Assembly: GCA_046341215.1 (NCBI GenBank)
Contig: JBKDRU010000050.1
Coordinates: 12,918 to 76,917, forward strand
Direction: 5' to 3'
Source of the DNA: Vampirovibrionales bacterium
Lineage (GTDB): Bacteria > Cyanobacteriota > Vampirovibrionia > Vampirovibrionales > JAJTHC01
DNA length: 64,000 nt
The position numbers and the translations under genes were made by a program. Under the pieces are notes generated by a model. It was not told the DNA's origin, did not search any database, and worked only from the letters and a program-made list of their open reading frames with translations. Positions 19,032 through 28,993 of this stretch are shown here, one piece after another (position 1 is the first letter of the stretch; each line of letters starts with the position of its first letter).

Positions 19032-19355
19032 ATGATGAACATCGATGCCGAAACGGTCAAAAAAGTCGCCACCCTCTCAAGTCTTGCCTTGAGCGATGAA
19101 GAAGTTCAGCAATATCAAGGTGAACTCTCTAAAGTCTTGAACTTTGTGGAATTGCTCAACAACTTGCCCCTTGGCGATATAGACGTCACCAGCCCTGCGG
19201 ATCAAGTCGCCAGCCCCGTGACCCCCACTATTTCCGCCCACGACAAAACCCCCTTCCGTCAAGATTTTGCCGAAATGCCCTTGAGTCGTGATGCCCTGAT
19301 GAGTAATGCCCCTGAAGCGGAAGATGGGGCTTATGTGGTTCCCAATATCTTATAA
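19032..19355 (+). CDS. gatC: Glu-tRNA(Gln) amidotransferase subunit C
   Basis: ~100 aa, 'V..VA.LS.L.L...E......L..VL.FV..L' GatC-like N-terminus; located 83 bp downstream of gatA. Confidence 0.8.
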   Translation: MMNIDAETVKKVATLSSLALSDEEVQQYQGELSKVLNFVELLNNLPLGDIDVTSPADQVASPVTPTISAHDKTPFRQDFAEMPLSRDALMSNAPEAEDGAYVVPNIL

Positions 19356-19363
19356 AAATTACG

Positions 19364-19843
19364 ATGAAGGTTACGATGAAAGATCTCTTTAGTTTTTTGA
19401 AGCAATTGCAAGCCAAATCGCCTCGTAAGACGATTCATCGCTATTTTAGCTTGGAAGAAGCGGTGGAGTCCTTGCCTTGGGTCAAATCACACCTCGCCAA
19501 AGCCATTGAAGAACTGGATGACTTACATGACAACCTCATGCTCAGCAAACGGCTCTATGCCTTGCAGTATGCGGAACGTATGGATCAACAAGCTGAACTT
19601 GAAAAGCTCATGAATAATAAAATGCACACCTTTGAAACCGCCTTAGAAAACTGGATTAAACGTTTTGATGACAAAGGCTATTTTCTGCGAGACGTGGAAG
19701 CGGGCGTTATTGAGTTTCCCTATAAATCCAAAGACGGCGAAACCCTCTTTTTATGCTGGCAAAGCCCTGAAGACGGTATTCTGTATTTTCGTGAGCCTGA
19801 TGAGCCCTTTAGCTTTCGCAAACCGATTACCTTACTACCATGA
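19364..19843 (+). CDS. hypothetical protein
   Basis: 159 aa, tightly packed between gatC and ybeY (4-bp overlap with ybeY). Confidence 0.4.
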   Translation: MKVTMKDLFSFLKQLQAKSPRKTIHRYFSLEEAVESLPWVKSHLAKAIEELDDLHDNLMLSKRLYALQYAERMDQQAELEKLMNNKMHTFETALENWIKRFDDKGYFLRDVEAGVIEFPYKSKDGETLFLCWQSPEDGILYFREPDEPFSFRKPITLLP

Positions 19844-20457
19844 ATCAGGATTTTCAACGCTACTTTCCCTTAGAAGAGCCGACTTCGTTGAATAATGTTT
19901 CGGTTATTTTATACGCCCAAACGGAACTTAAAACGCATTCGCTATTAGAACATTTTAAAGCCGTTCACCTTCATTTAGAAAGCGTTTTGCTGGAATGGAT
20001 GAATACCCACGATTTATGGAGCGTACATGGTTTTCAATTCCCTCCGAATCAAGAAGCGTGGAGCCTAGATTGGCTTTTTTGCGACAATCCCACCATTCAA
20101 GCCGTGAATTTAGACGTGCGAGGTAAAAACGTGGCGACCGATGTCTTGAGCTTCCCGACCCTTGAAAATGCCAGTCTAGGGGACGATCACGCTGAAGAGG
20201 ATCCTGCGTTTCCTTTGCAAAGCGAACTCCCTGATGCCCTAAAAAAAGCCCTCACCCAACACGGCGGGCATTTAGGCACGGTGATGGTGTCGCTCGATTA
20301 TGCCGAACTGCATCGAGGTGAAGACACACTCTTTAATTATGTGCTGGAGCGTTTTGTTCACGGAACTTTACATTTGTTAGGGGTGCATCACGCCACACAA
20401 GCCCATTATGAGCGAGTTTTGGCCTTACAGGCGGATTTCAAGGCTCGTTTTAGGTAG
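19840..20457 (+). CDS. ybeY: rRNA maturation endoribonuclease YbeY (with insertion)
   Basis: C-terminal 'HGTLHLLGVHH' = H-x3-H-x5-H zinc motif of YbeY/UPF0054; longer than typical (205 aa) because of a central acidic insert. Confidence 0.7.
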   Translation: MNQDFQRYFPLEEPTSLNNVSVILYAQTELKTHSLLEHFKAVHLHLESVLLEWMNTHDLWSVHGFQFPPNQEAWSLDWLFCDNPTIQAVNLDVRGKNVATDVLSFPTLENASLGDDHAEEDPAFPLQSELPDALKKALTQHGGHLGTVMVSLDYAELHRGEDTLFNYVLERFVHGTLHLLGVHHATQAHYERVLALQADFKARFR

Positions 20458-20475
20458 AATTCTAAATCTCTCTTG

Positions 20476-20504
20476 TTCCTCCTCCCTAAGGGAGGGGGGT
20501 AAAA
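20476..20504. repeat. REP-like palindrome CCTCCTCCCTAAGGGAGGGGGG after ybeY
   Basis: Hairpin immediately downstream of stop; same palindrome family as 1892-1920. Confidence 0.45.
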
Positions 20505-20657
20505 CCGCTTTCTACAATTGTTTCGTAAAATAAGGCATTGCTTTTCTTGAATATCGAAATTATAATGAAGGGGCTAGTTTTTTAGGTCGCACTTTTTTTA
20601 ATTCAGCGACTTTTAAGTACATAGTCGAGTATTTGTATCTTTTATCCCTAATCTCTA

Positions 20658-21881
20658 ATGTATATGTGGAATCTTATGCTTTTTTCGGATTCGTCGGCAG
20701 CTTTAACCCCTTTAAATCGTCGAGCCTTACCTGCTCAACGACTAGGAATTGTTGTTGAAGAAAAACCGTCGGTCTATGCCCGTATTCTTAGCGAAAAAAA
20801 GGGCGCTGCAACCAAAACCGAAGATCCCCCAAAAGAAGAATCTTCAAAGGAAACGGGGGGCTTTCAACAGTTTGGGAAGCAACTTCAACAGATGTGGCGA
20901 CGCTGGAAAAAACCACTTTTGATTGTCGGAAGCATCCTTGCCACAGGTACCTTAGGCGCCGTTGCTTATTGGGGCGCGATTCACATCAAACATGAAAATG
21001 TAAAAACATCTCTTCTTTCTGATAGAGAAGAGATTACCATGTTATGGCAACGCTTTGAAGACTTTCGAATTCATATAAATCAACAAAAGCAGGCTTATGC
21101 ATCGGGCAATGGCCAGATTTATAAAATAAAAGGAGGTTATGATTTAGTCGGCCTGTTTCAAGATGCCTTAGATGTTGAAAAATTTATTTACAATGAAATA
21201 TCCGATGCCGACAGAAAGAAAAAAGCAAATAACATTATTAAAACCGTTTTAGACTATGCCTTAGAATTTGATCAAGATGTTTTGCCTCACATACTCCGTG
21301 GCTTGCACACGAGCCAACGCCTCACCAGTATTTTGGATGAAAAACAAGTCCAGCCGATTGAAACGCCGTTTAGAAATTACATCAACCAACATAGAAATAG
21401 TTATCTGTCGGATGACCTTTTAAAAGCCCCTTTTGCTCGATATGAAAATGATCGCAGAGCTGTTGAAGCCTTTAGAGCCTTTGCTGATGTGAAAGACGCT
21501 AAACATGCTGTTCTACAAGCACGACTTTTTCAACAACGACGTAAAGCCAACGAAGCTGAAAGCAATTTTGAAATAGCCTGTATGCTCGATTTGTATACCA
21601 CCTATTTAAAGGGCTACTACCCTCATGCGTATGAAGCCCTTGCTCCTTTAGCGAAAAAGATTGAGACTAAAGATCCCAACGCCGCTTCGACTTTGACCCC
21701 TGAAGATCTACACGCCCTTTCAAAAGCCACGCATCTGACTGTGGAATTATATCCGTGGGAAATAAAGGACGATCCGATTTATTTTTCACAAGGCTTACGA
21801 GATTTGATGGGCAAAATACTTTCCAAGCAAGACATTAGTCCACAGAACTATTGGTATCATCAAAAAATCTATGGCTCATAA
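20658..21881 (+). CDS. hypothetical protein with single N-proximal TM segment
   Basis: 407 aa; one ~22-aa hydrophobic stretch (LLIVGSILATGTLGAVAYWGAI); no enzymatic motifs. Confidence 0.4.
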   Translation: MYMWNLMLFSDSSAALTPLNRRALPAQRLGIVVEEKPSVYARILSEKKGAATKTEDPPKEESSKETGGFQQFGKQLQQMWRRWKKPLLIVGSILATGTLGAVAYWGAIHIKHENVKTSLLSDREEITMLWQRFEDFRIHINQQKQAYASGNGQIYKIKGGYDLVGLFQDALDVEKFIYNEISDADRKKKANNIIKTVLDYALEFDQDVLPHILRGLHTSQRLTSILDEKQVQPIETPFRNYINQHRNSYLSDDLLKAPFARYENDRRAVEAFRAFADVKDAKHAVLQARLFQQRRKANEAESNFEIACMLDLYTTYLKGYYPHAYEALAPLAKKIETKDPNAASTLTPEDLHALSKATHLTVELYPWEIKDDPIYFSQGLRDLMGKILSKQDISPQNYWYHQKIYGS

Positions 21882-21882
21882 A

Positions 21883-22731
21883 TTATCCACCAATCAATTT
21901 TAACGCCATGCTTGGTTGAGAATTACTTTGCCCAAGCAAGTTAATGGATGCTTGTTGTAAAATCTGCTGCTTGATCATATTCGCCGATTCTTTGGCGACA
22001 TCCACATTACGCACCCGAGCTTCACTGGCACTGAAATTTTCCACCTGAATCTTCAAGTTACTCGACGCATTTTGCAAACGATTCGTGACGGCTCCCACGG
22101 AAGAGCGACGGTTGTTGACGCGTTGCAGGGCGACATCGATTTTAGAAATCGATTGCAAGGCAGACGCGTTCGTACTCGCCCCAATGCTAGGGGTCGTGCC
22201 TGATTTAATGCCTAAGGTGCTGGCGTTTAAACGCCCCACCGCACTATTGGTGGCTAAATCTAAGACGTTGGTGGAAGACGCACTTTCCGCACCCATCTGA
22301 ACTTTAAAACTCGTAAAGCTCGATAATACATTTTTGCCGTTAAAAGATGTTCCACTGGCGATGCGGTCAATATCATTCACCAATTGCGTCATTTCGGTTT
22401 TGATCGCACTGCGTTGGTCAGCACCAAGCGTGTCATTCGCGCCTTGCACGGCGAGTTCACGCACCCGTTGGAGGTTCTCTGTAATGATGGAAAGGGAACC
22501 GTCCACCGTGTTAAGCATGTTCATGGCGTCTTGCACGTTGTTGTCGGCTTGTTCGCTACCACGAATTTGTGAACGCAAGCCTTCAGAGATTTGAAGCCCC
22601 GCCGCATCGTCACTGGCTTTGTTAATGCGGTAGCCAGACGCCAACATGGCTAAGCTTTTATTAACGTTTTTGGTATTGTTCGAAAGCATGTTCTGAACAA
22701 AAATGGAAGACGTATCGCGGATTTGTAGCAT
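21883..22731 (-). CDS. fliC: flagellin (short, D0/D1 only)
   Basis: N-terminal 'LASGYRINKASDDAAGLQISEGLRSQIRG' and C-terminal 'NRLQNA..NL....EN..ASEARVRNVDVAKESANMIKQQILQQASINLLGQSN' canonical flagellin terminal regions; 282 aa. Confidence 0.85.
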   Translation of the reverse strand: MLQIRDTSSIFVQNMLSNNTKNVNKSLAMLASGYRINKASDDAAGLQISEGLRSQIRGSEQADNNVQDAMNMLNTVDGSLSIITENLQRVRELAVQGANDTLGADQRSAIKTEMTQLVNDIDRIASGTSFNGKNVLSSFTSFKVQMGAESASSTNVLDLATNSAVGRLNASTLGIKSGTTPSIGASTNASALQSISKIDVALQRVNNRRSSVGAVTNRLQNASSNLKIQVENFSASEARVRNVDVAKESANMIKQQILQQASINLLGQSNSQPSMALKLIGG

Positions 22732-22926
22732 GGTCGTCAGTCTCTCTCTCTTTTTCTTTCGTACTGGGGATTCTCTCTTGTGTCGATGCTTTCGACCAAG
22801 CGGGGAAAGATTATAAACACTTGTTACAATTTGTTACTTCCCTTCTTTGTCTTGCCCAGCACTTCGCTTCTCTTAGCGTGTTTGCGTTATAATGGAAAAA
22901 CGTTGAACGTGGAGACGGAAGCATAG

Positions 22927-23769
22927 ATGATGAAAATACTCGTTACAGGTGCCAATGGATACATCGGGCGTCACGCCGTGAAAGCCTTGCTTGAGAAGGG
23001 GCATACGGTTATTGCCGTGGGCAGACAGCTCGACCAAGTAGACGCCAGAGCCACCAAAATCATCGCCGATATTTTCAATCTGCCCGAAGATCCCTTCAAT
23101 ACGTGGCATCAACCCGATGCCTTGCTTCACTTGGCATGGCAAGACGGCTTCATTCACAACGCTTCTAGTCATATCGAAGGATTGCCAAAGCATTTACGTT
23201 TTGTCCAATCATTGGTCGATGCCGGACTTCAGCAAGTCATCGTGATGGGTTCCATGCACGAAGTCGGCTTTTATGAAGGTCAAATCAATGAAGAAACGCC
23301 GTGTCGTCCCACGTCTTTTTACGGTATTGCTAAAAATAGCTTAAGGCAAGCATTAGACGTTTATTTGAAAGACAAAGCCGTTAGCTTTCAATGGTTGCGA
23401 GCCTTCTACATTGTGGGCGATGACGCTTCTAACCATTCGATTTTCACGAAAATTCTTGAAAAAGAACGCCAAGGGGATGCCTCCTTTCCCTTTACCGATG
23501 GGCAAGCCCAATACGACTTTATTCGCATCGAAGACTTGGCGGAACAGATCGCTACGGTTGCCGAACAGAAAGAAGTCGTAGGTATCATCCACTGTTGTTC
23601 AGGCACGCCTGTTCGTATTAAAGATGCGGTAGAAGCCTTTTTAAGCGAGCATCAACTCAACATCAAGCCTGCGTATGGCACCTTCCCGACTCGTCCCTAT
23701 GATTCGAAAATCATTTATGGAGACAACGCCAAAATAAAACGTCTTATGGAGCAAGCTCATGTCGAATAA
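22927..23769 (+). CDS. NAD-dependent epimerase/dehydratase (sugar nucleotide)
   Basis: N-terminal 'ILVTGANGYIGRH' Rossmann motif; SDR-extended size (280 aa). Confidence 0.75.
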   Translation: MMKILVTGANGYIGRHAVKALLEKGHTVIAVGRQLDQVDARATKIIADIFNLPEDPFNTWHQPDALLHLAWQDGFIHNASSHIEGLPKHLRFVQSLVDAGLQQVIVMGSMHEVGFYEGQINEETPCRPTSFYGIAKNSLRQALDVYLKDKAVSFQWLRAFYIVGDDASNHSIFTKILEKERQGDASFPFTDGQAQYDFIRIEDLAEQIATVAEQKEVVGIIHCCSGTPVRIKDAVEAFLSEHQLNIKPAYGTFPTRPYDSKIIYGDNAKIKRLMEQAHVE

Positions 23770-24697
23770 GCCTGCTATTTCCATTTTAGTGCCTGTTTAC
23801 AACGGCGAACGCTATTTAGAAGCGACCCTTGCCAGTATTGAAAAGCAAAGCTTCAAGGACTTTGAAGTGATTTGTGTGGATGATATTTCCACCGACGGAA
23901 GCCTTGCAATCCTAGAAACGTTTGCTGAACGTGACCCTCGCTTTAAGGTGGTTTTGCGAGAAAACAAAGGGCGTTGTGCGGTGACAGGTATTATTTACGG
24001 CTTGCCCTATTGCCAAGGCGACTACTTTTTTTATTGTTCGCAAGATGATTTAATCGCCGAAGACTGCCTTGAAAAAGCCTTTCAACGTGCCATTGAAACA
24101 GGGGCAGATGCCGTTATTCCTGCTGTCGATTTTTATTATGAAGACGGCGGAAAACACGGGGGATTGTATCCGCCGAATGGGGATTATACGTTTGAATTGT
24201 CTCCACAAGACGCCTTTGTGCGAAGTCTTAACTGGCAAATTGCGGGATCTTCCTTACGCAAAATGGACTTGCTCAAACGCATTGGTTATGACGATCTGTA
24301 CTACAATAGCTGTGAATATAACACACGGGTTTTTTACCTTAATTGTAATAAGGTGGTGTTTTCAGAAGGCGTGTTTTATTATCGTGAAGACAATCCAGAG
24401 GCGATTACCAAAAGCATTTCTTGGCAACGCTTTGAAGAACTCGGCACCCAAGTAAGATTGCTCCACATTGTGCTAGACGGCGACTTTGATGAAGCCGTTA
24501 AAAATGATTATTTAAAAGATGTCACACAATCGATTAAGCACTGGCAAAAACTCTATGTGAAACATGCCGAAACGCTCACCCCTGACAAGCGAGAGCATGT
24601 CAAAAGCATTATGAGCCAAGCCAAAAAAGCGGTGTGGCGACTTTCATTTCAACATAAAAAACTTAAAAACATCTTTAAATGTTTAAGCCTACGTTAA
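23759..24697 (+). CDS. family-2 glycosyltransferase
   Basis: 'ISILVPVYNGERYLE...SI..QS...FEVICVDD.STDGS' GT2 N-terminal signature; 11-bp overlap with epimerase gene. Confidence 0.75.
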   Translation: MSNKPAISILVPVYNGERYLEATLASIEKQSFKDFEVICVDDISTDGSLAILETFAERDPRFKVVLRENKGRCAVTGIIYGLPYCQGDYFFYCSQDDLIAEDCLEKAFQRAIETGADAVIPAVDFYYEDGGKHGGLYPPNGDYTFELSPQDAFVRSLNWQIAGSSLRKMDLLKRIGYDDLYYNSCEYNTRVFYLNCNKVVFSEGVFYYREDNPEAITKSISWQRFEELGTQVRLLHIVLDGDFDEAVKNDYLKDVTQSIKHWQKLYVKHAETLTPDKREHVKSIMSQAKKAVWRLSFQHKKLKNIFKCLSLR

Positions 24698-24716
24698 GAA
24701 GGGAAGGCGTTAAATC

Positions 24717-26093
24717 ATGCGATTCAAACTGGGTCAAAAACTCATTAATTCCATTAAAAAACGACTCAAACCTGCCAAAGTCCTTTTCAAACGCCCTGAA
24801 TCCGATTTTGTGGGAAGAGCCACCTATTGCGGAGACTTCTGCTTTATTGGAGACAAACGCACGAGCATCGGTAGCTTTGTGTCCATCGCCAGCCATGTGT
24901 GTATTGGTCCCGCTGAACATCCGTTAGATACCTTGTCTAGCTCGCCTTACTTTTACAAAAACTTTTTCGGCTGGAAAACCCTTAAAGAAGACTTGACCTT
25001 GTCCACCCCTTGTGACATCGGCAATGACGTGTGGATCGGTGAAGGGGTCTTCATTAAAGGGGGCGTTAAAATTGGCGACGGAGCCGTTGTCGCCGCAGGA
25101 GCCGTTGTCACCAAAGACGTGCCGCCTTATGCCATTGTCGGTGGGGTGCCAGCAAAAGTCATTCGCTTTCGCTTTGATGAAGCCACCATTCAAAATTTCG
25201 TTGCTTTAAAGTGGTGGGACTTGCCCGATGAAGTCATCAAAACGCTACCATTTGACGATGTGCCTTCAGCGATTCAAGCCCTCAATGCCATACGAGCCAA
25301 TCGTCTCAATACGAGCTTTGACGCCTCTCAACTCAAACAAAAACAGCAGTACCTCTCTACATATTTCGAGACAAACGTTTTCAAAATGAAAAATAAACCC
25401 GTGATACTTTCTCGAACGGCGTGCTTAAGTAACGGTGCCTTTGACAAAATGAACCTAGACGTCTTTGCCTTACACAATCACCAAGCTTGTCGTGTAGACT
25501 ACCTTTTAGACAAACGCCAGAACAAAGCGTTGTCCATTCCACTCAAGCAGGTGCTTGGCTATATCCCCAATAAGAGCATACACCACTTGTTCACGCAACA
25601 AGTTCATGACTTTTTTGCGTACAAAAATGTTTCGATGCTTGTACTCGATTCCTTTTGTGAACTCACCATGCAAGCCTTTTCGTCTCCTCAAGGCGGGCGT
25701 TTTTGTTCATTGTGGCGGTGGATCAATCATGACGGCGATTTCGACAGCGTCTATAAAAGTGAAGGCTTGCTCGATTTAGAAAAGCTCGAAGACCTTTACG
25801 ACCAGTTCTTTGGCGAATGCGTCAAAACTTACGGCAAGGTACCGATTGTCTTCGTTCATTTCCCCAGCACCTTTGAACCACGGGAGTCGTATCAACTGCG
25901 GGCGGCTAAAATCGTTGAAGTCATTCATCGACTTTCGTTAAAATACGAGACGCTCATCCCGATTGAAATGGATTACGCCCGAAAAGGCGATGAAGACGAT
26001 TACCCTTACCACTTTTCAGACGACACCTTTGGCGTGCTGGCTTCCAAGTTGGTATCCTTAAATCTGTTGTCAATCAAAGGGATCAAACCCTAA
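24717..26093 (+). CDS. xenobiotic/CatB-type hexapeptide acetyltransferase fused to ~270-aa C-terminal domain of unknown function
   Basis: '[55 protein letters not shown]...WWD' closely follows the CatB/Vat family core; remaining C-terminal half has no recognisable motif. Confidence 0.65.
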   Translation: MRFKLGQKLINSIKKRLKPAKVLFKRPESDFVGRATYCGDFCFIGDKRTSIGSFVSIASHVCIGPAEHPLDTLSSSPYFYKNFFGWKTLKEDLTLSTPCDIGNDVWIGEGVFIKGGVKIGDGAVVAAGAVVTKDVPPYAIVGGVPAKVIRFRFDEATIQNFVALKWWDLPDEVIKTLPFDDVPSAIQALNAIRANRLNTSFDASQLKQKQQYLSTYFETNVFKMKNKPVILSRTACLSNGAFDKMNLDVFALHNHQACRVDYLLDKRQNKALSIPLKQVLGYIPNKSIHHLFTQQVHDFFAYKNVSMLVLDSFCELTMQAFSSPQGGRFCSLWRWINHDGDFDSVYKSEGLLDLEKLEDLYDQFFGECVKTYGKVPIVFVHFPSTFEPRESYQLRAAKIVEVIHRLSLKYETLIPIEMDYARKGDEDDYPYHFSDDTFGVLASKLVSLNLLSIKGIKP

Positions 26094-27388
26094 AACCTTT
26101 GCGGATACATGCCTTGTTGGGCTTGCATAGCAGGATTCATCCCTTGTTGTTGCGGAGGAAACCCCTGTTGCATCCCTTGCTGTGGAGGTCTTCCTGCTTG
26201 AAGCTGGTTGGCTTTGTTTTGAGCAATTTGGGCTTCAACTCGTTTTTGTGCAGGCGTTTTTTCACGTAGGGCTTGAAACGCCCATGTGCCTCCGCCTATG
26301 GCAAGCCCGCCTAGAATTGCCCCAATGCCTCCTTTCGTCAACACTTTCTGGAAGACTTCTCCCAAATCGATCTTGTGCGGCATATGGGCATTTTTCACCA
26401 CCGCATTTAAGTCGGGCAGTTCAATGGTGTCTGCTGCTTTCGTCAATTTATCGATTTCTTCTGGGGAAAGTTTAAACCTTTTGTAATGGTCTTCCTGTAT
26501 GGAAAGTGGAGCAATTCTCTCCTTAAGATCATTCACTTCTTGGAGATATGCGGCCCATTTTTGTTGATGGGAAGCATTGAACCATCCGAAAGGTTTCCTT
26601 TCAGGGGCTACCTTCGTCTCTAGCTCATTTCTTAAGCTTGCAAGCTTATCGGGATCGAATCTTTGGAGACTTTCTAAGTTTTCTAGGCTCAAGTGAGATG
26701 CCGCTCTGTCTCCTCTAGATTTTACGACCTTTTGAAGTATGTATTCACCATTTTCGCCCACGGCATAGTGGGCTTGTATGCCGTCACTCACATCCACCGC
26801 CACAAGGCTAGCCTTGCCTGTGTTTGTATCGTAAGCTTTAATGTGCATACTGGTGTCGCCATGAGCGATGCGTCTAACTTGTAGGTCTTTGTCTTTATTA
26901 CCTTGTCCAAAAAGCCCTTTGCTTCTTTCCACAAAACCTTTGGGCTTTTCTTCAAGATATACCTGATAGGTGACCCTTCCCACTTTGGAATCATGGGGTT
27001 TACTTAAATCACTAGCTTTGGGAAGCACGGTTTCAGCTAAGGCAATGCCCGTTCCTGCCGTAGCAAAACCAATGGTGCCTAACGTGGCATTATTGATTAC
27101 GTTGGCTTCTTTTTGTTGGGACTCCCGCTTTGCTTTATACGCCTGAATCTGTTCAGGAGTCGGCTGAGGAGGAATTTGTTGCTGTTGCGTTTGCCATTGT
27201 TGAACTTGTGCTTGAGCAGGGGCTGGATAGTTAGGGGCTTGCGGAGGCGTTGCCGTAGCCGTAAGGGCTTGCCCTTGAAGCGGTTGTGGTGCTGGTGGAG
27301 CGGGAGGCACCGTGCCTTGATTCACCGCAGGATTCAAATACGTCGACGGATCGAGCGGGCGTTGTGGTAAATAGTTATTGGATGCCAT
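26090..27388 (-). CDS. hypothetical protein with Pro/Gln-rich termini and C-terminal Gly-rich hydrophobic segment
   Basis: 432 aa; low-complexity [14 protein letters not shown]-terminus and QQGM C-terminus flanking an ordered central region. Confidence 0.45.
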   Translation of the reverse strand: MASNNYLPQRPLDPSTYLNPAVNQGTVPPAPPAPQPLQGQALTATATPPQAPNYPAPAQAQVQQWQTQQQQIPPQPTPEQIQAYKAKRESQQKEANVINNATLGTIGFATAGTGIALAETVLPKASDLSKPHDSKVGRVTYQVYLEEKPKGFVERSKGLFGQGNKDKDLQVRRIAHGDTSMHIKAYDTNTGKASLVAVDVSDGIQAHYAVGENGEYILQKVVKSRGDRAASHLSLENLESLQRFDPDKLASLRNELETKVAPERKPFGWFNASHQQKWAAYLQEVNDLKERIAPLSIQEDHYKRFKLSPEEIDKLTKAADTIELPDLNAVVKNAHMPHKIDLGEVFQKVLTKGGIGAILGGLAIGGGTWAFQALREKTPAQKRVEAQIAQNKANQLQAGRPPQQGMQQGFPPQQQGMNPAMQAQQGMYPQRF

Positions 27389-27548
27389 ATGTGTTTGTCC
27401 TTAAATCTCTAATACGCTATTCACTCTATGAAAAGGTATAAACTGGTCCTTAATCGTATAAAACCGTTTGGAGGTGGCTTTTGTGCTAGGGTGAAAAATG
27501 TCTGATACGCTTTAAGCGAATGAATGGCGAAACTCTATTTGTCTCATT

Positions 27549-27573
27549 CCCCCCTCCTAAAATCAGGAGAGGG
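27549..27573. repeat. REP-like palindrome CCCCTCCTAAAATCAGGAGAGGG
   Basis: Solo copy of the terminal-inverted-repeat motif of the 130-bp element. Confidence 0.4.
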
Positions 27574-27602
27574 TTAAGCACAAGTAGATTTTATAGCGGT
27601 TT

Positions 27603-27905
27603 CTATTCAGGTTCTTCTTCCGCTAGGCGATTCTTAACATAAGTATGCCAGTCCTTATTTAAGGCACAGCCACACCCGTCCCCATGCAAATGGGCGGGGG
27701 TTTCGGGGTTGCTTTCAAAGGCTTCTTGAGGCAAGGAGGCTCGAACACGCTTTAAACGAATCCGTTTATAATCATTACTGTCTCGCTCCGCGATTGATTC
27801 ACATTGAGGGCAGAACGTAATTAAATGACTTTCACTAGCTGAACGATGCACCGTGAACGAATGTAAACATGCCATATTACTACATATAAAGCCATAACTA
27901 GGCAT
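27603..27905 (-). CDS. FmdB-family zinc-ribbon protein
   Basis: N-terminal 'MPSYGFICSNMACLHSF...FCPQCES' CxxC...CPxC zinc ribbon typical of FmdB putative regulatory proteins; immediately downstream of NeuB-like gene. Confidence 0.5.
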   Translation of the reverse strand: MPSYGFICSNMACLHSFTVHRSASESHLITFCPQCESIAERDSNDYKRIRLKRVRASLPQEAFESNPETPAHLHGDGCGCALNKDWHTYVKNRLAEEEPE

Positions 27906-28982
27906 CTAAGGCGCCTCTTCCAACGCATCGGCACTGAGTATGCTGTCTGCTTTTAAGTCGTACTTAATGCGCTTTCCTAACACATCGTAAAAGCGAGAGG
28001 CACAAAGTCCTGTAGCAGGACGTTTGGCGGTCAAATGAACTTCTTCAAGTACAGTACCTACAGGCAAATCCATCTTCAAAACAAGGCTTTTACGAGCCAC
28101 TTCAGACGTATTTCGCTCACAGGCATGGGCTTCTTTAATGCCGTTACCTAAGGTTAGTTCGGCACAACGAATGGTTTCCACCAAGCGTTTAAAGGCATCA
28201 GGTTCAAGGGATGCGTGATGATCAGGGCCTGCGGAAGAAGACGCATCAAGCGTTAAATGCTTTTCATAAAGTTTCGCCCCTAAGCCCACGGCTGTTGCAG
28301 GGACTTCCGTGATGGAAAGCGAATGATCGGAATAGCCAACCACATGACCCAAAAAGGCGTTTTGCAAGGTTCGCAAGGCTTTTAGATTAAGCGTTTCAAG
28401 CGGAGCGGGATATTGACTGGTGCAGTGCATGAAGGCAACCGCATCGCTGAAGCGAAAGCCGTAAAACGGGGCGAGAAATTCGTGCGTGCGTTGAACGTCC
28501 TTTAAATTCGCCATGCCTGTAGAAAGTAAAAGCGGAATGCCTTTCAGTGCCAAGCGTTTCAACAGAGGAAAGTTCGTTAATTCACCACTACCTAACTTAA
28601 CAAAGGGCAGTTCAAAGTCTTCAACCAAGGCGTCGGCACTTGCATCATCAAACGGGGAACATAAAAAATCGATACCTTTACTTTGGGCATAGGCTCGGAC
28701 TTTTTGTAAGTCTTCCGCTTCTAAAAGCAAACGTTCCAGCATGGCTTGTTGCGATTCATCATTTGAAGCAAGGGCATCATTTTTTTGTTGATACGTTGCT
28801 TTTTGGGCGGATGCCGTCGTCAAGGCCTTGGGGTTAAAGAGTTGAAATTTAACCGCGTTGGCTTGGGCAAAAATGGCAGCATCGACTAAAGCAAAAGCTT
28901 TTTCAAGTGAACCATCGTGATTTACCCCTGCTTCGGCAATCACATAAACATGGGGTTGGGTTAAGGTGGTAAATGAAAACAT
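27906..28982 (-). CDS. N-acetylneuraminate/pseudaminate/legionaminate synthase family (NeuB family) with C-terminal SAF domain
   Basis: 'VIAEAGVNHDGSLEKAFALVDAA...ANAVKFQ' NeuB TIM-barrel signature; 358 aa; exact nonulosonic acid product cannot be told from sequence. Confidence 0.8.
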   Translation of the reverse strand: MFSFTTLTQPHVYVIAEAGVNHDGSLEKAFALVDAAIFAQANAVKFQLFNPKALTTASAQKATYQQKNDALASNDESQQAMLERLLLEAEDLQKVRAYAQSKGIDFLCSPFDDASADALVEDFELPFVKLGSGELTNFPLLKRLALKGIPLLLSTGMANLKDVQRTHEFLAPFYGFRFSDAVAFMHCTSQYPAPLETLNLKALRTLQNAFLGHVVGYSDHSLSITEVPATAVGLGAKLYEKHLTLDASSSAGPDHHASLEPDAFKRLVETIRCAELTLGNGIKEAHACERNTSEVARKSLVLKMDLPVGTVLEEVHLTAKRPATGLCASRFYDVLGKRIKYDLKADSILSADALEEAP

Positions 28983-28993
28983 GAGGATCCCTT

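Noticed and set aside
22732-22926. Sigma-28 (TAAA-N15-GCCGATAA) promoter for fliC
   Set aside because: No GCCGATAA-like -10 element found on the fliC-proximal strand; only the TTGTTACAA palindrome and AT-rich stretches are evident.
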